Shown here: positions 19,923 to 28,962 of the stretch, in pieces
How positions within the stretch are numbered: the first letter of the stretch is position 1
Layout: each line of letters opens with the position of its first letter
From: Acidobacteriota bacterium
Lineage (GTDB): Bacteria > Acidobacteriota > Vicinamibacteria > Vicinamibacterales > CAVVIG01
DNA: 53,420 nucleotides
Reading direction: 5' to 3'
Assembly (NCBI GenBank): GCA_023265155.1
Contig: JAHFUL010000001.1
Location: 52,516-105,935 of the forward strand
Program-made: the position numbers and the translations under genes
Notes under the pieces: generated by a model
Seen by the model: only the letters and a program-made list of their open reading frames with translations
Database searches by the model: none
What the model was told of the DNA's origin: nothing

Positions 19923-21158
19923 TCAGAAGAATTCCCGGAACAGTCCGCGCAGCCGTCCAGCCGCCCGAACGAGCGCTCCGGCGCCGATCGGAGCCCGACC
20001 CTGGTCGGCGGCGAAGTTGCGAAACCCATACAGCGCGAGCCCGACGCCGGTCGCGAATGTCGGACTGTTCACGTGATCGGTCAGCCCGCCAACGCCCGTC
20101 GGACAACCGCGCCGGATTGGCAGATCGAAGATCTGCTCGGCAATCTCCGGCATGCCGTCGAGAATGGCTCCGCCTCCGGTCAGGACGATCCCGGAGTTGA
20201 GGGTCTTTTCGTGGCCGGCGCGGCGGATTTCGTCCCACACGAGATGGAAGATCTCCTCGGCGCGCGGCTGCAGAATCTCCGACAGAATCCGCCGGGCCAT
20301 CACCCTCGGCTTGCGTCCCCCCACACTCGCCACTTCCATCGTGTCGTCCTCGTCCACCATCCCCGAGAGGGCGCAGCCGCACTTGCGCTTGATCTTTTCC
20401 GCATCGGGTACAGGCGTGCGAAGCCCGACCGCGATGTCGTTGGTGAAATGGTCACCGCCGACGCCGACGACGGCCGTGTGCCACAGGCTGCCGCGCTCAA
20501 AGATGGCGATGTCGGTCGTGCCGCCGCCGATATCCACGAGGGCGACGCCGAGCTCCTTCTCGTCCTCAGTCAACACCGACTCGCTCGCGGCGAGCTGCTC
20601 GACGACCGTCTCGGCGACGTTCACGCCGGCGCGATTCACGCAGGCGACGATGTTCTGGGTCGCGCTCTGGCTGCCCGTCACGATGTGCACGTTCACCTCG
20701 AGACGCGCTCCTGTCATGCCCACCGGCGCGCCAATGCCCTCCTGCTCGTCCACGACAAAGTCCTGGGGCAGCACGTGGAGAATTTCGCGGCCCGTCGGCA
20801 GCGACACCGCCTTGGCGGCGTCGATCGCTCGGCGGACGTCCTCCCGCGTGATCTCGCGATTCTTGCCCGCCACGGCGATCACCCCGCGGCTGTTGAAGCC
20901 CTTGATATGGGGGCCCGACAGCGCCAGGTGCACGGAATCGATCTCGACGCCCGCCATCAGCTCGGCCTCGTCGATCGCCCGCTTGATGGAATCGACCGCC
21001 GCCTCCAGATTCACGACGACGCCGCGCCGGATGCCGCGCGACTCCGCGACGCCGAGCCCCACGATCTCGAGCCCGGCAGAATCGAGCATTTCGGCGACGA
21101 CCGCCGTCACTTTCGACGTCCCGACGTCGAGCCCCACCAGATACCGCTCTTTGCGCAC
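19923..21158 (-). CDS. ftsA: Cell division protein FtsA
   Basis: 411 aa, actin-like ATPase (GLDVGTSKV, DIGGGTTDIA). GTG start with GGAGG upstream. Confidence 0.95.
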   Translation of the reverse strand: MRKERYLVGLDVGTSKVTAVVAEMLDSAGLEIVGLGVAESRGIRRGVVVNLEAAVDSIKRAIDEAELMAGVEIDSVHLALSGPHIKGFNSRGVIAVAGKNREITREDVRRAIDAAKAVSLPTGREILHVLPQDFVVDEQEGIGAPVGMTGARLEVNVHIVTGSQSATQNIVACVNRAGVNVAETVVEQLAASESVLTEDEKELGVALVDIGGGTTDIAIFERGSLWHTAVVGVGGDHFTNDIAVGLRTPVPDAEKIKRKCGCALSGMVDEDDTMEVASVGGRKPRVMARRILSEILQPRAEEIFHLVWDEIRRAGHEKTLNSGIVLTGGGAILDGMPEIAEQIFDLPIRRGCPTGVGGLTDHVNSPTFATGVGLALYGFRNFAADQGRAPIGAGALVRAAGRLRGLFREFF

Positions 21159-21180
21159 GCTGCCTCCGACTTCCTCGTGG

Positions 21181-22080
21181 CTACTGTTTCTGCTTCGCGC
21201 GGGACCCCGCTCCGGCCTCGGCGGCCTGCGACGTCCGTCCCGGTGGAGTGGCTCCGCCTCTCACCGGCTTGCCTGCAATCCGCGCGTAGATCCGATCGTC
21301 GAATCTGAGGTCGACGGAGTCGATTCCCGGCACGCGCTCCTTCATCGTCTCCGCGAGCTGGAGGTACGACTGAAGGCGAGGGAGGAATCGATCGGTGCCC
21401 ACATGGAGCACCGCGGAATCACCGCTCAGAATGACGCCGGCGTTACGCACATCGCTGACATCGACCTGCGACAAGCGGCCGCCGACATCCGGATTCGACC
21501 GGAGCGACAGAATCAGCCGCGCGGCCAGCGCCGCGCGCGCTCCGTCGGCGACCGCGTCGCCCTCTCCGAGCGAGTCAGACAGGCCGTCGACGATCGGCAG
21601 GTCGAACTCGGCGTAGGATGGACCGTACTCGTCGATGATCACGCCTTGGTCGTCGACGAGATACAGCCGGCCGCGAATGCGGCCGAGGCCGATCGGCTGG
21701 CGCTCCTGGACCACGACGTCGACGGTGGACGGAAGCACGCGCCGAAGGGCGGCGTCCTTCACCCACGGGGAGGCGAGCAACCGTTCCCGCGACGCGTCGA
21801 GGTCACTCAGGAGCACGTTCTGCCCGCGCAGTCCGGCCAGCAGCGCGCTCACCGCCTCGCTCGAGAGCCGGGCATTGCCCCTGACGACAATGCGATCGAT
21901 CTGCAGCGCGCGCGCGTGTGCAACGCCGGACGCGCCACGGTACAGACCGTAGAGCGTCAGCGCGGCGAGCAGCCCGTATTTCGCCAGCGGCCTGGCGAGC
22001 GTGCGCCACCGGCGGCGGCGGGCCGGCTTCACATGGGCGCGCCGGAAGCGCTTGTCCGCGGGCACTGAGACAGGACTCAT
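21181..22080 (-). CDS. ftsQ: Cell division protein FtsQ (POTRA domain)
   Basis: 299 aa with an N-terminal TM segment followed by a POTRA-like region. Its position between murC and ftsA fits, and there is an ATGA overlap with murC. Confidence 0.85.
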   Translation of the reverse strand: MSPVSVPADKRFRRAHVKPARRRRWRTLARPLAKYGLLAALTLYGLYRGASGVAHARALQIDRIVVRGNARLSSEAVSALLAGLRGQNVLLSDLDASRERLLASPWVKDAALRRVLPSTVDVVVQERQPIGLGRIRGRLYLVDDQGVIIDEYGPSYAEFDLPIVDGLSDSLGEGDAVADGARAALAARLILSLRSNPDVGGRLSQVDVSDVRNAGVILSGDSAVLHVGTDRFLPRLQSYLQLAETMKERVPGIDSVDLRFDDRIYARIAGKPVRGGATPPGRTSQAAEAGAGSRAKQKQ

Positions 22081-23531
22081 GAGGGACGACCCGCGCCCGC
22101 TGCAGGCGGCGCGTCCGCCTGACGCTCCGCCAGAAGCTCGAGCAGACGATCCGGCACGGTTCCGATCGATCCGGCGCCAAGGGTAATCACCACATCACCA
22201 GGCCGCGCGACGCGCGCGATCGCGGCTGCCAGTTCTTCCAGCTTCGGGACGACGTCGACGCTCACCGTCAGATCACGCCGCACCGCCCGCGCCAGCACGT
22301 CGAGGCTCACGCCTTCGATCGGACTCTCACCGGCCGCGTAGATGTCGGTCAGCAGCACGTGATCCGCGCCCGCCAGCGCCGGGCCGAACGCGTCCATGAG
22401 CGTGGCGGTCCGGGTAAAACGGTGCGGCTGAAACGCGACGACGATCCGGCGGTTGAGGGCGCGGGCCGCAGCCAGCACGGCCACGATTTCTGTCGGGTGA
22501 TGCCCATAGTCATCGACCACGAGAATGGCGTTCACCTCGCCGCGAACCTCAAAACGCCGTTCGGCGCCCCGGAACTCGCCGAGACCGGCGGCGATACGGT
22601 CGAAGGACAAACCCAGTTCGAGACCGACAGCCACGGTTGCCAGCGCGTTCTGCAGGTTGTGACGCCCGGGAACGCCCAGGCTGAGCGGGCCCAGCGTGAC
22701 AATGGTTTTGGCTGAATCAGCGGAACGGCGCGCGCGGTAAAGCACGGTCGCGCGCATGGTGAGCGGACCGGCGACGACATCGGTCGCCGTCACGTCGGGA
22801 ATCTCTTCCCCAGAAGCCTGCAGACCGTACGTCGTGACACGGCGGGTCATGCGAGGCATCACGGCCCTCAGATGTTCATCGTCGCTGCACACGACAACGG
22901 CGCCGTAGAACGGCACCTTGTTGGCAAAGTCGACGAACGCCAGCTGCAGGTCCGCAAACCCGCTGTAGCTCTCGAGGTGCTCGTGGTCGATGTTGGTAAT
23001 CACCGCTATCGTCGGAAACAGTTTCAGAAACGACCGATCGCTTTCATCCGCCTCCGCCACCATCAGTTCGCCGCGACCCAGACGCGCGTTGCTGCCGAAG
23101 GCTCGAAGGCGGCCGCCAATCACCGCCGTGGGGTCGAGCCCCGCCCGTTCGAGCACCAGCGCGATCATCGACGTGGTCGTGGTCTTGCCGTGCGCTCCCG
23201 CCACCGCGACCGAGTAGCGAAGGCGCATCAGCTCGGCAAGCATTTCCGCCCGGGGGATCACCGGGATCTGACGCCGATGCGCTTCGAGCACCTCGGGGTT
23301 CCCCGGCCGAACGGCCGAGGACACCACGACCACATCGGCACCACCGACGTGCCCGGCGGCATGGCCGTCGCTGATCTGAACGCCCAGGGTCGCCAACCGC
23401 TCCGTTATCGCCGACCGCCTTTCGTCCGAACCGCTGACCGCGTACCCAAGGTTCGCCAGCAACTCGGCAATCCCGCTCATGCCGATGCCGCCGATCCCGA
23501 TGAAGTGGACGCGCCTTGTCTTGCCGAGCAC
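22077..23531 (-). CDS. murC: UDP-N-acetylmuramate--L-alanine ligase
   Basis: 484 aa with HFIGIGGIGMSGIAE and GAHGKTTTT. Confidence 0.95.
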   Translation of the reverse strand: MLGKTRRVHFIGIGGIGMSGIAELLANLGYAVSGSDERRSAITERLATLGVQISDGHAAGHVGGADVVVVSSAVRPGNPEVLEAHRRQIPVIPRAEMLAELMRLRYSVAVAGAHGKTTTTSMIALVLERAGLDPTAVIGGRLRAFGSNARLGRGELMVAEADESDRSFLKLFPTIAVITNIDHEHLESYSGFADLQLAFVDFANKVPFYGAVVVCSDDEHLRAVMPRMTRRVTTYGLQASGEEIPDVTATDVVAGPLTMRATVLYRARRSADSAKTIVTLGPLSLGVPGRHNLQNALATVAVGLELGLSFDRIAAGLGEFRGAERRFEVRGEVNAILVVDDYGHHPTEIVAVLAAARALNRRIVVAFQPHRFTRTATLMDAFGPALAGADHVLLTDIYAAGESPIEGVSLDVLARAVRRDLTVSVDVVPKLEELAAAIARVARPGDVVITLGAGSIGTVPDRLLELLAERQADAPPAAGAGRPS

Positions 23532-23549
23532 CGCTCTTCTAGTGTCCTG

Positions 23550-24659
23550 TCACGAAATTCCCATCAAGGTCAGCGCCCGATCGGCGATGACCTTCGCCGC
23601 ATCCGGTTTGGCCATTCCTCGAGCCGCTCGAGCCATCCGCAAACGCCTGCCTCGGTCGGCAGCGAGCGTCAGAATCCTATTCGCCAGTTCGTCGCCGGTG
23701 GCATCCGCCTGCATCAGCATCTCCGCCGCGCCCGCCGACGCGAGCGCCTCGGCATTCCTGCGCTGGTGATCGTCGGTTGCCGTTGGCAGCGGAATGAGAA
23801 TCGCCGCCTTTCCGGCCGCGGTAATCTCGGCCAGCGTCGTCGCGCCGGCTCGCGAGACGATCACCTCCGCTTGCCTGACGCGCCGTCCGATGTCGTGGAG
23901 AAACGGCTCGACCTCTGCCGCCAGCCCCGCCGCCCGATAGGCGGCGCGGACCATCTCCAGGTCTCGCTCTCCCGTCTGGTGCGTGAGACGAAGAGTCGGC
24001 GCGCCGGTTGCCAGCTTCGCCGCCGCCTCCGCCATGGCCACGTTGATCGCGTGCGCGCCCTGAGAGCCGCCAAAAACCAAGACCCCAACGCCAGGTGTGT
24101 CGTCATCGGTGCCCGACTCCTTTCGGGGTTCGGCGGCCTCGAGGAACTCCGGCCGAACCGGGTTACCGCTGACGAATGCCTTCGATCCAAAGAACGTCTT
24201 CGTCGATTCGAACGTCACGGCCGCCGCCCGCACGAAGGGCGCGAGCAGCCGGTTGGTCAACCCGGGCACGGCGTTCTGCTCCAGCAGCATCGTGGGTGTG
24301 CCGCGGACCGCCGCGATGAGCACGACCGGGCCCGAGCTGTACCCGCCAACCCCGATGACCAGGTGCGGACGCCGCGCAGAAACGATGCGCCACGCGTCCA
24401 GCAGACCCAACGGAACGAGGGCAGCGCCGCGCGCGCGCGCGCCGATTGACTTGCCCTTGATGCCACCGCTGCGAAGGACATCCAGCTCGAAGCCTTCGCG
24501 AGGCAGGACTCTGGCCTCGATACCCTGCGCCGTCCCGGCGAACGAAATCCGGATACTCGATCGCCTTGACATCAACTCCCGCGCCACGGCAATCCCCGGA
24601 TACAGATGGCCCCCGGTTCCGCCGCCAGCGATCACGACCCGCTCCCCGCGTCCCGTCAT
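23550..24659 (-). CDS. murG: Undecaprenyldiphospho-muramoylpentapeptide beta-N-acetylglucosaminyltransferase
   Basis: 369 aa from the ATG at 24659 (ATGA overlap with the ftsW stop), with GGGTGGHLYPGIAVA. The longer 448-aa ORF extension overlaps ftsW. Confidence 0.93.
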   Translation of the reverse strand: MTGRGERVVIAGGGTGGHLYPGIAVARELMSRRSSIRISFAGTAQGIEARVLPREGFELDVLRSGGIKGKSIGARARGAALVPLGLLDAWRIVSARRPHLVIGVGGYSSGPVVLIAAVRGTPTMLLEQNAVPGLTNRLLAPFVRAAAVTFESTKTFFGSKAFVSGNPVRPEFLEAAEPRKESGTDDDTPGVGVLVFGGSQGAHAINVAMAEAAAKLATGAPTLRLTHQTGERDLEMVRAAYRAAGLAAEVEPFLHDIGRRVRQAEVIVSRAGATTLAEITAAGKAAILIPLPTATDDHQRRNAEALASAGAAEMLMQADATGDELANRILTLAADRGRRLRMARAARGMAKPDAAKVIADRALTLMGIS

Positions 24660-25738
24660 GCTTCGGACGTCGCATGCTGCGAGACGTTCAGGAGGACGCC
24701 CATCCCCAACAAATTGATGAGCAGCGACGAACCGCCGAAGCTCACGAGCGGCAGCGGAATGCCTTTCGTCGGCATCAGACCCAGCACGACACTCATGTTC
24801 ACGAACGCCTGAACAACAACCATCGTCGTCAACCCCAGCGCGAGGAACGCGCCGAACTTGTCGGGCGCACGAAGCGCGATGCGAACGCCACGCCACGCGA
24901 TGACGCAGAAGCAGATCAGCACGAGGGTTGCGCCGATGAGGCCGAGCTCCTCGGCAATCACCGCGTAGATGAAGTCGGTCTGCGGCTCAGGGAGGTAGAA
25001 CAGCTTCTGGATGCCGTTCATCAGTCCGCGCCCGGCAATGCCGCCCGTGTGGACGGCGATGAAGGACTGGATGATCTGATAACCGGCGCCGAGGGGGTCG
25101 TCCCAGGGATGAAGGAACGTCAGCACCCGTTGGAGTCGGTAGTCCCAGAACATGATGAGCAGGGCCACCGCCGGCAACGCCGTGAGGGCCATGATCGTCA
25201 GGTAGCTATAGCTGAGACCGGCGGCAAAGACCATCACCCCGGTAATCAACGCGATCGCCAGGGAGGTTCCGAGGTCTGGCTCCAGGAGAATCAGCCCAAT
25301 CCATCCGGCCACGACGAGCGCAATCGGCATCAGGGCATGATGCACGTCGTTGACGCGGTGCATTCGGCGTTCGAGCAGCGCCGCGATGTACACAATCGCC
25401 GCCAGCTTGGCTGGCTCCGAAGGCTGGATGCCGAGCCCCCCGATTGCGAACCACCGGCTCGCCGAGTTCACCGGGTGCATGAAGAGCACCGCGACCAGCG
25501 CGACGGTCACCACCCCCAGAAAGGACCAGATGAACGCCGGCTCCCTGTAGTTGCGGTAGTCGATGCCCATCACCACGCTCAGAATCGCGAGGCCGAGCGC
25601 GACCCACATGAGCTGTTTCATCAGATAGTCGTAGGGATTCCTCACCGCCGAGGCGCTGTAAACCATCACGACGCTCAGGCAGACCAGGAGCAGCGTCGTC
25701 AGAAACAGAATGCGATCGGACTTGAGTTTTCGAGCCAT
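24656..25738 (-). CDS. ftsW: SEDS-family peptidoglycan glycosyltransferase FtsW
   Basis: 360 aa polytopic membrane protein with the QPSEPAKLA motif. Its dcw position fits. Confidence 0.92.
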   Translation of the reverse strand: MARKLKSDRILFLTTLLLVCLSVVMVYSASAVRNPYDYLMKQLMWVALGLAILSVVMGIDYRNYREPAFIWSFLGVVTVALVAVLFMHPVNSASRWFAIGGLGIQPSEPAKLAAIVYIAALLERRMHRVNDVHHALMPIALVVAGWIGLILLEPDLGTSLAIALITGVMVFAAGLSYSYLTIMALTALPAVALLIMFWDYRLQRVLTFLHPWDDPLGAGYQIIQSFIAVHTGGIAGRGLMNGIQKLFYLPEPQTDFIYAVIAEELGLIGATLVLICFCVIAWRGVRIALRAPDKFGAFLALGLTTMVVVQAFVNMSVVLGLMPTKGIPLPLVSFGGSSLLINLLGMGVLLNVSQHATSEA

Positions 25739-25783
25739 TCCCGTCTATAAAGCTGAGCCGTGCTTGATCCGACACACTGTGAG

Positions 25784-25898
25784 CGGTCAGCAGTCATCAG
25801 TCGGCCGTGGATGAAGGCACCAGCTTCGCAGGCCGGGGCAGCCTGCGTTCCCAGCAGCCAGTCCTTCACCGCTAAGACCGACTGATGACAGCTCACCG
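25784..25898. repeat. Long-range inverted repeat: 23-nt arms, 20/23 paired, 69-nt loop
   Basis: CGGTCAGCAGTCATCAGTCGGCC (25784-25806) pairs with GACCGACTGATGACAGCTCACCG (25876-25898). It lies 46 nt upstream of the ftsW ATG on the transcribed strand. Confidence 0.7.
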
Positions 25899-25976
25899 TT
25901 CACAGCCACCAGTCGCCACGCGATACCGTTGCACGCCCGCGGCGTGAGAGCCGCGGCGAAGTTGTCTCTCTCCCTC

Positions 25977-26505
25977 GCCCGACCTGAAGGTCGGGCCTAC
26001 GACCGGCACTGGGCTCAGCAATCTCGTAGGCCCGAGCTTCAGCTCGGGCGCCGCGGCCGATCCTGTCCACGCCCGACCTGAAGGTCGGGCCTACGACCGG
26101 CACTGGGCTCAGCAATCTCGTAGGCCCGAGCTTCAGCTCGGGCGCCGCGGCCGATCCTGTCCTCGCCCGACCTGAAGGTCGGGCCTACGACCGGCACTGG
26201 GCTCAGCAATCTCGTAGGCCCGAGCTTCAGCTCGGGCGCCGCGGCCGATCCTGTCCACGCCCGACCTGAAGGTCGGGCCTACGACCGGCACTGGGCTCAG
26301 CAGTCTCGTAGGCCCGAGCTTCAGCTCGGGCGCCGCGGCCGATCCTGTCCACGCCCGACCTGAAGGTCGGGCCTACGACCGGCACTGGGCTCAGCAATCT
26401 CGTAGGCCCGAGCTTCAGCTCGGGCGCCGCGGCCGATCCTGTCCACGCCCGACCTGAAGGTCGGGCCTACGCCTCCCCGCTGAAGGTCGGGCCTACGCCT
26501 CCCCG
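25977..26505. repeat. BIME-like tandem array: 94-bp unit x5 plus a partial sixth. Each unit holds two GTAG-tailed REP hairpins in opposite orientation
   Basis: Unit starts at 25977, 26071, 26165, 26259, 26353 and 26447. Unit = GCCCGACC-TGAA-GGTCGGGC-CTAC, 25-nt spacer, GTAG-GCCCGAGC-TTCA-GCTCGGGC, 21-nt linker. I saw only two substitutions between copies. Confidence 0.9.
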
Positions 26506-27851
26506 CGCGCGATGCGCGTCGCTTCCTCCTTGAACGTCCGGCCGCGCTCCGCGTAGTCCTGGAACATGTCGAAGCTGGCGCACGCCGGCGCGAGCAGCAC
26601 CACCCCGGCCGGCCGGGCCAACGCGAAGGCGGCTCTTACGGCCTCTTCGAGCGAGTCCGCTTCGTGAACGTCGACCGCCCCGGAGAGCGCCTCTCGCAGA
26701 AGCGTTCGCGCCTCACCGATTGCGACGACCGCCTTCGCCCGCGCCGCCAGCGGCGTCCGAAGCAGTCGCAGATCTCCACCCTTGAAGCGTCCGCCCATGA
26801 TCGGCACGAGCCCGGATTCGAAGCTTTCGATCGATCGGAGCGCCGCCTCCACGTTGGTCGCTTTGGAGTCGTTCACGAACCTGACACCGTCGCGTTCCGC
26901 GACGAGCTCCATCGCGTGTTCCAATCCATGGAATGATTCGACGGCTGCGGTCATCGCCGCGGGCGCGACCCCGGCAATCACCCCCACCGTTGCCGCCGCC
27001 ATCACGTCCTCGACCAGGTGAGGGCCGAGCAGGTGGATCGCGTCGATCGGCACGAGACGCTCATGGCGGTCGTCGTTTCGGTCGACGATCCAGCCCGCCT
27101 CGACGCGCGTGCCCGCGATATCTGGATGGCGTCGCGCGAAGAGGCGTTTGACTGCACGACTCCGCCGTGCCATCGCGAGCACCTGGGGATCGTCTGCGTT
27201 GATCACCGCCCAATCGCCTGGCTCTTGATTCGCGAAGATCCGCGCCTTGGCCGCCGCATATGCGCCGACGCTGGGGTGTCGATCGAGGTGATCGGGCGAG
27301 AAGTTCAGCATCACGGCGATCCACGGGTGAAAGGTGTCGATCTGCTCGAGTTGGAAACTGCTCGTCTCGACGACGTGGAGTGTGTCCGGCGTTGATCGTT
27401 CTACCTGGGCACTGAGCGGAGCGCCGATGTTGCCGCCTACCGTCACCGCGAAACCGGCCGCCTCGAGGATTCTCCCCGTCAGCTCCGTTGTCGTCGATTT
27501 TCCCTTCGTGCCGGTGATGGCGATGACGCGGCCGCGCAGCCAGCGCGACGCGAGCTCCACCTCTCCGATGACCGGCACGCCGTGCTCGCGGGCCGCAGCC
27601 ACGACTGGCAGTCCCGGCGGCACACCCGGGCTCAGGACCACGAGGTCCGCCTGCGAAAATGTCTCCGCCACATGACCGCCCAGCTCCAGCTCGACGCCGA
27701 GGCGCTGCAGTGATTCGGCGCCCGTGACGGTCTCGCGCACGTCGGACAGGATGACCCGGGCGCCTCGCCGCGCGAGCAGCTCCGCCGCCGCCTTTCCGCT
27801 GCGCGCCGCGCCGGCCACCGTCACCCGCCTGCCCTCCACTGAGAACGCCAT
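26493..27851 (-). CDS. murD: UDP-N-acetylmuramoylalanine--D-glutamate ligase
   Basis: 452 aa from the ATG at 27851 (1-nt overlap with the mraY TGA), with VAGAARSGKAAA and GTKGKSTTT. The TAG stop lies in a REP GTAG tail. Confidence 0.93.
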   Translation of the reverse strand: MAFSVEGRRVTVAGAARSGKAAAELLARRGARVILSDVRETVTGAESLQRLGVELELGGHVAETFSQADLVVLSPGVPPGLPVVAAAREHGVPVIGEVELASRWLRGRVIAITGTKGKSTTTELTGRILEAAGFAVTVGGNIGAPLSAQVERSTPDTLHVVETSSFQLEQIDTFHPWIAVMLNFSPDHLDRHPSVGAYAAAKARIFANQEPGDWAVINADDPQVLAMARRSRAVKRLFARRHPDIAGTRVEAGWIVDRNDDRHERLVPIDAIHLLGPHLVEDVMAAATVGVIAGVAPAAMTAAVESFHGLEHAMELVAERDGVRFVNDSKATNVEAALRSIESFESGLVPIMGGRFKGGDLRLLRTPLAARAKAVVAIGEARTLLREALSGAVDVHEADSLEEAVRAAFALARPAGVVLLAPACASFDMFQDYAERGRTFKEEATRIARGEA

Positions 27852-28957
27852 CAGCGCAGCTTCAACGTCGTCAGACTGAAGAGCGCGAAGATGATCGCCA
27901 CGATCACGAAGCGCGTGATGACCTTGGGCTCGCTCCAGCCAATCAGTTCGAAATGGTGATGAATGGGAGCCATCCGGAACACGCGCTGGCCGGTCATCTT
28001 GAACGACGCCACCTGAATGACCACGGAACACACTTCGAGCACGAAGACGCCTCCCACGATCACCAGCAGCAGCTCCTGCTTGATGAGAATCGCGACGGTT
28101 CCAATCGCGGCTCCAAGCGCGAGCGACCCGACATCGCCCATGAAGATCTCGGCAGGATACGAGTTGTACCAGAGGAAGCCGAGCGCCGCGCCGACGAGGG
28201 CGCCGCAAAAGATGGTCAGCTCCGACACCGCCGAGAAGTGCTCGAGCAGCAGATATTGGGCGAACTCTCGATGCCCGACGATGTAGGTGAGCGCCGTGAA
28301 CGCCGCGGCGGCGATCGTGAAGGTGCTGATGGCGAGACCGTCGAGGCCATCCGTCAGGTTGACCGCATTCGACCACGCGGTCAGCATGAACATCGTGAAC
28401 GGGACGTACCACCAGCCGAAGTCCGGGTTCAGCGCCTTGAAAAACGGAAACCCGAGACGCGTCGAGTACAGGTTGTGCCGCTGGAGCCAGAGCAGGACGA
28501 AGCCCACTCCCATGGCGATCACCAACTGCAGACCAAACTTGAAACGGGGCCTGAGCCCGTGATGGTCGCGCCGGACAATCTTCAGGTAGTCGTCCAGGAA
28601 TCCGACGGAGCCGAAGAGCGTCGTCGATCCCACCGCGATCCACATGTACTCGTTGGTCAGGTTGGTCCACAGCAGCGTCGGCACCAGCGCGGCCGCGAGA
28701 ATGAGCAGCCCTCCCATGGTCGGCGTGCCGGCTTTCAGGCGATGCGAGGCCGGACCTTCCAGCCGAATCACCTGACCGACCTGGAATTCCTGCAGCTTGC
28801 GGATGAGCCACGGACCGAGCACGAGGCCGATCGCGAGCGCCGTGAGACTCGCCGCCGCCGTGCGAAATGTCACGTACCGGGTCACATTCAGGACCGACAG
28901 CCACGGGTGCCGCGACGAGAGCGGGTACAGCTGAACGAACAGCAGGTAATAGAGCAT
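27851..28957 (-). CDS. mraY: Phospho-N-acetylmuramoyl-pentapeptide transferase
   Basis: 368 aa polytopic membrane protein with NAVNLTDGLDGLA and MGDVGSLALG. Confidence 0.96.
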   Translation of the reverse strand: MLYYLLFVQLYPLSSRHPWLSVLNVTRYVTFRTAAASLTALAIGLVLGPWLIRKLQEFQVGQVIRLEGPASHRLKAGTPTMGGLLILAAALVPTLLWTNLTNEYMWIAVGSTTLFGSVGFLDDYLKIVRRDHHGLRPRFKFGLQLVIAMGVGFVLLWLQRHNLYSTRLGFPFFKALNPDFGWWYVPFTMFMLTAWSNAVNLTDGLDGLAISTFTIAAAAFTALTYIVGHREFAQYLLLEHFSAVSELTIFCGALVGAALGFLWYNSYPAEIFMGDVGSLALGAAIGTVAILIKQELLLVIVGGVFVLEVCSVVIQVASFKMTGQRVFRMAPIHHHFELIGWSEPKVITRFVIVAIIFALFSLTTLKLR

Positions 28958-28962
28958 CGCGC

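Noticed and set aside
23550-24896. 448-aa extended MurG ORF
   Set aside because: The N-terminal 79 aa overlap the ftsW coding region out of frame. The conserved MurG N-terminus (VVIAGGGTGGH) follows the ATG at 24659, which overlaps the ftsW stop.
25977-26505. Possible CRISPR array (regularly spaced palindromic repeats)
   Set aside because: The whole 94-bp unit repeats, including both 'spacers', which are identical in every copy. The repeats are GTAG-tailed REP hairpins in alternating orientation. No cas genes or leader are present, and the array sits inside the dcw operon.
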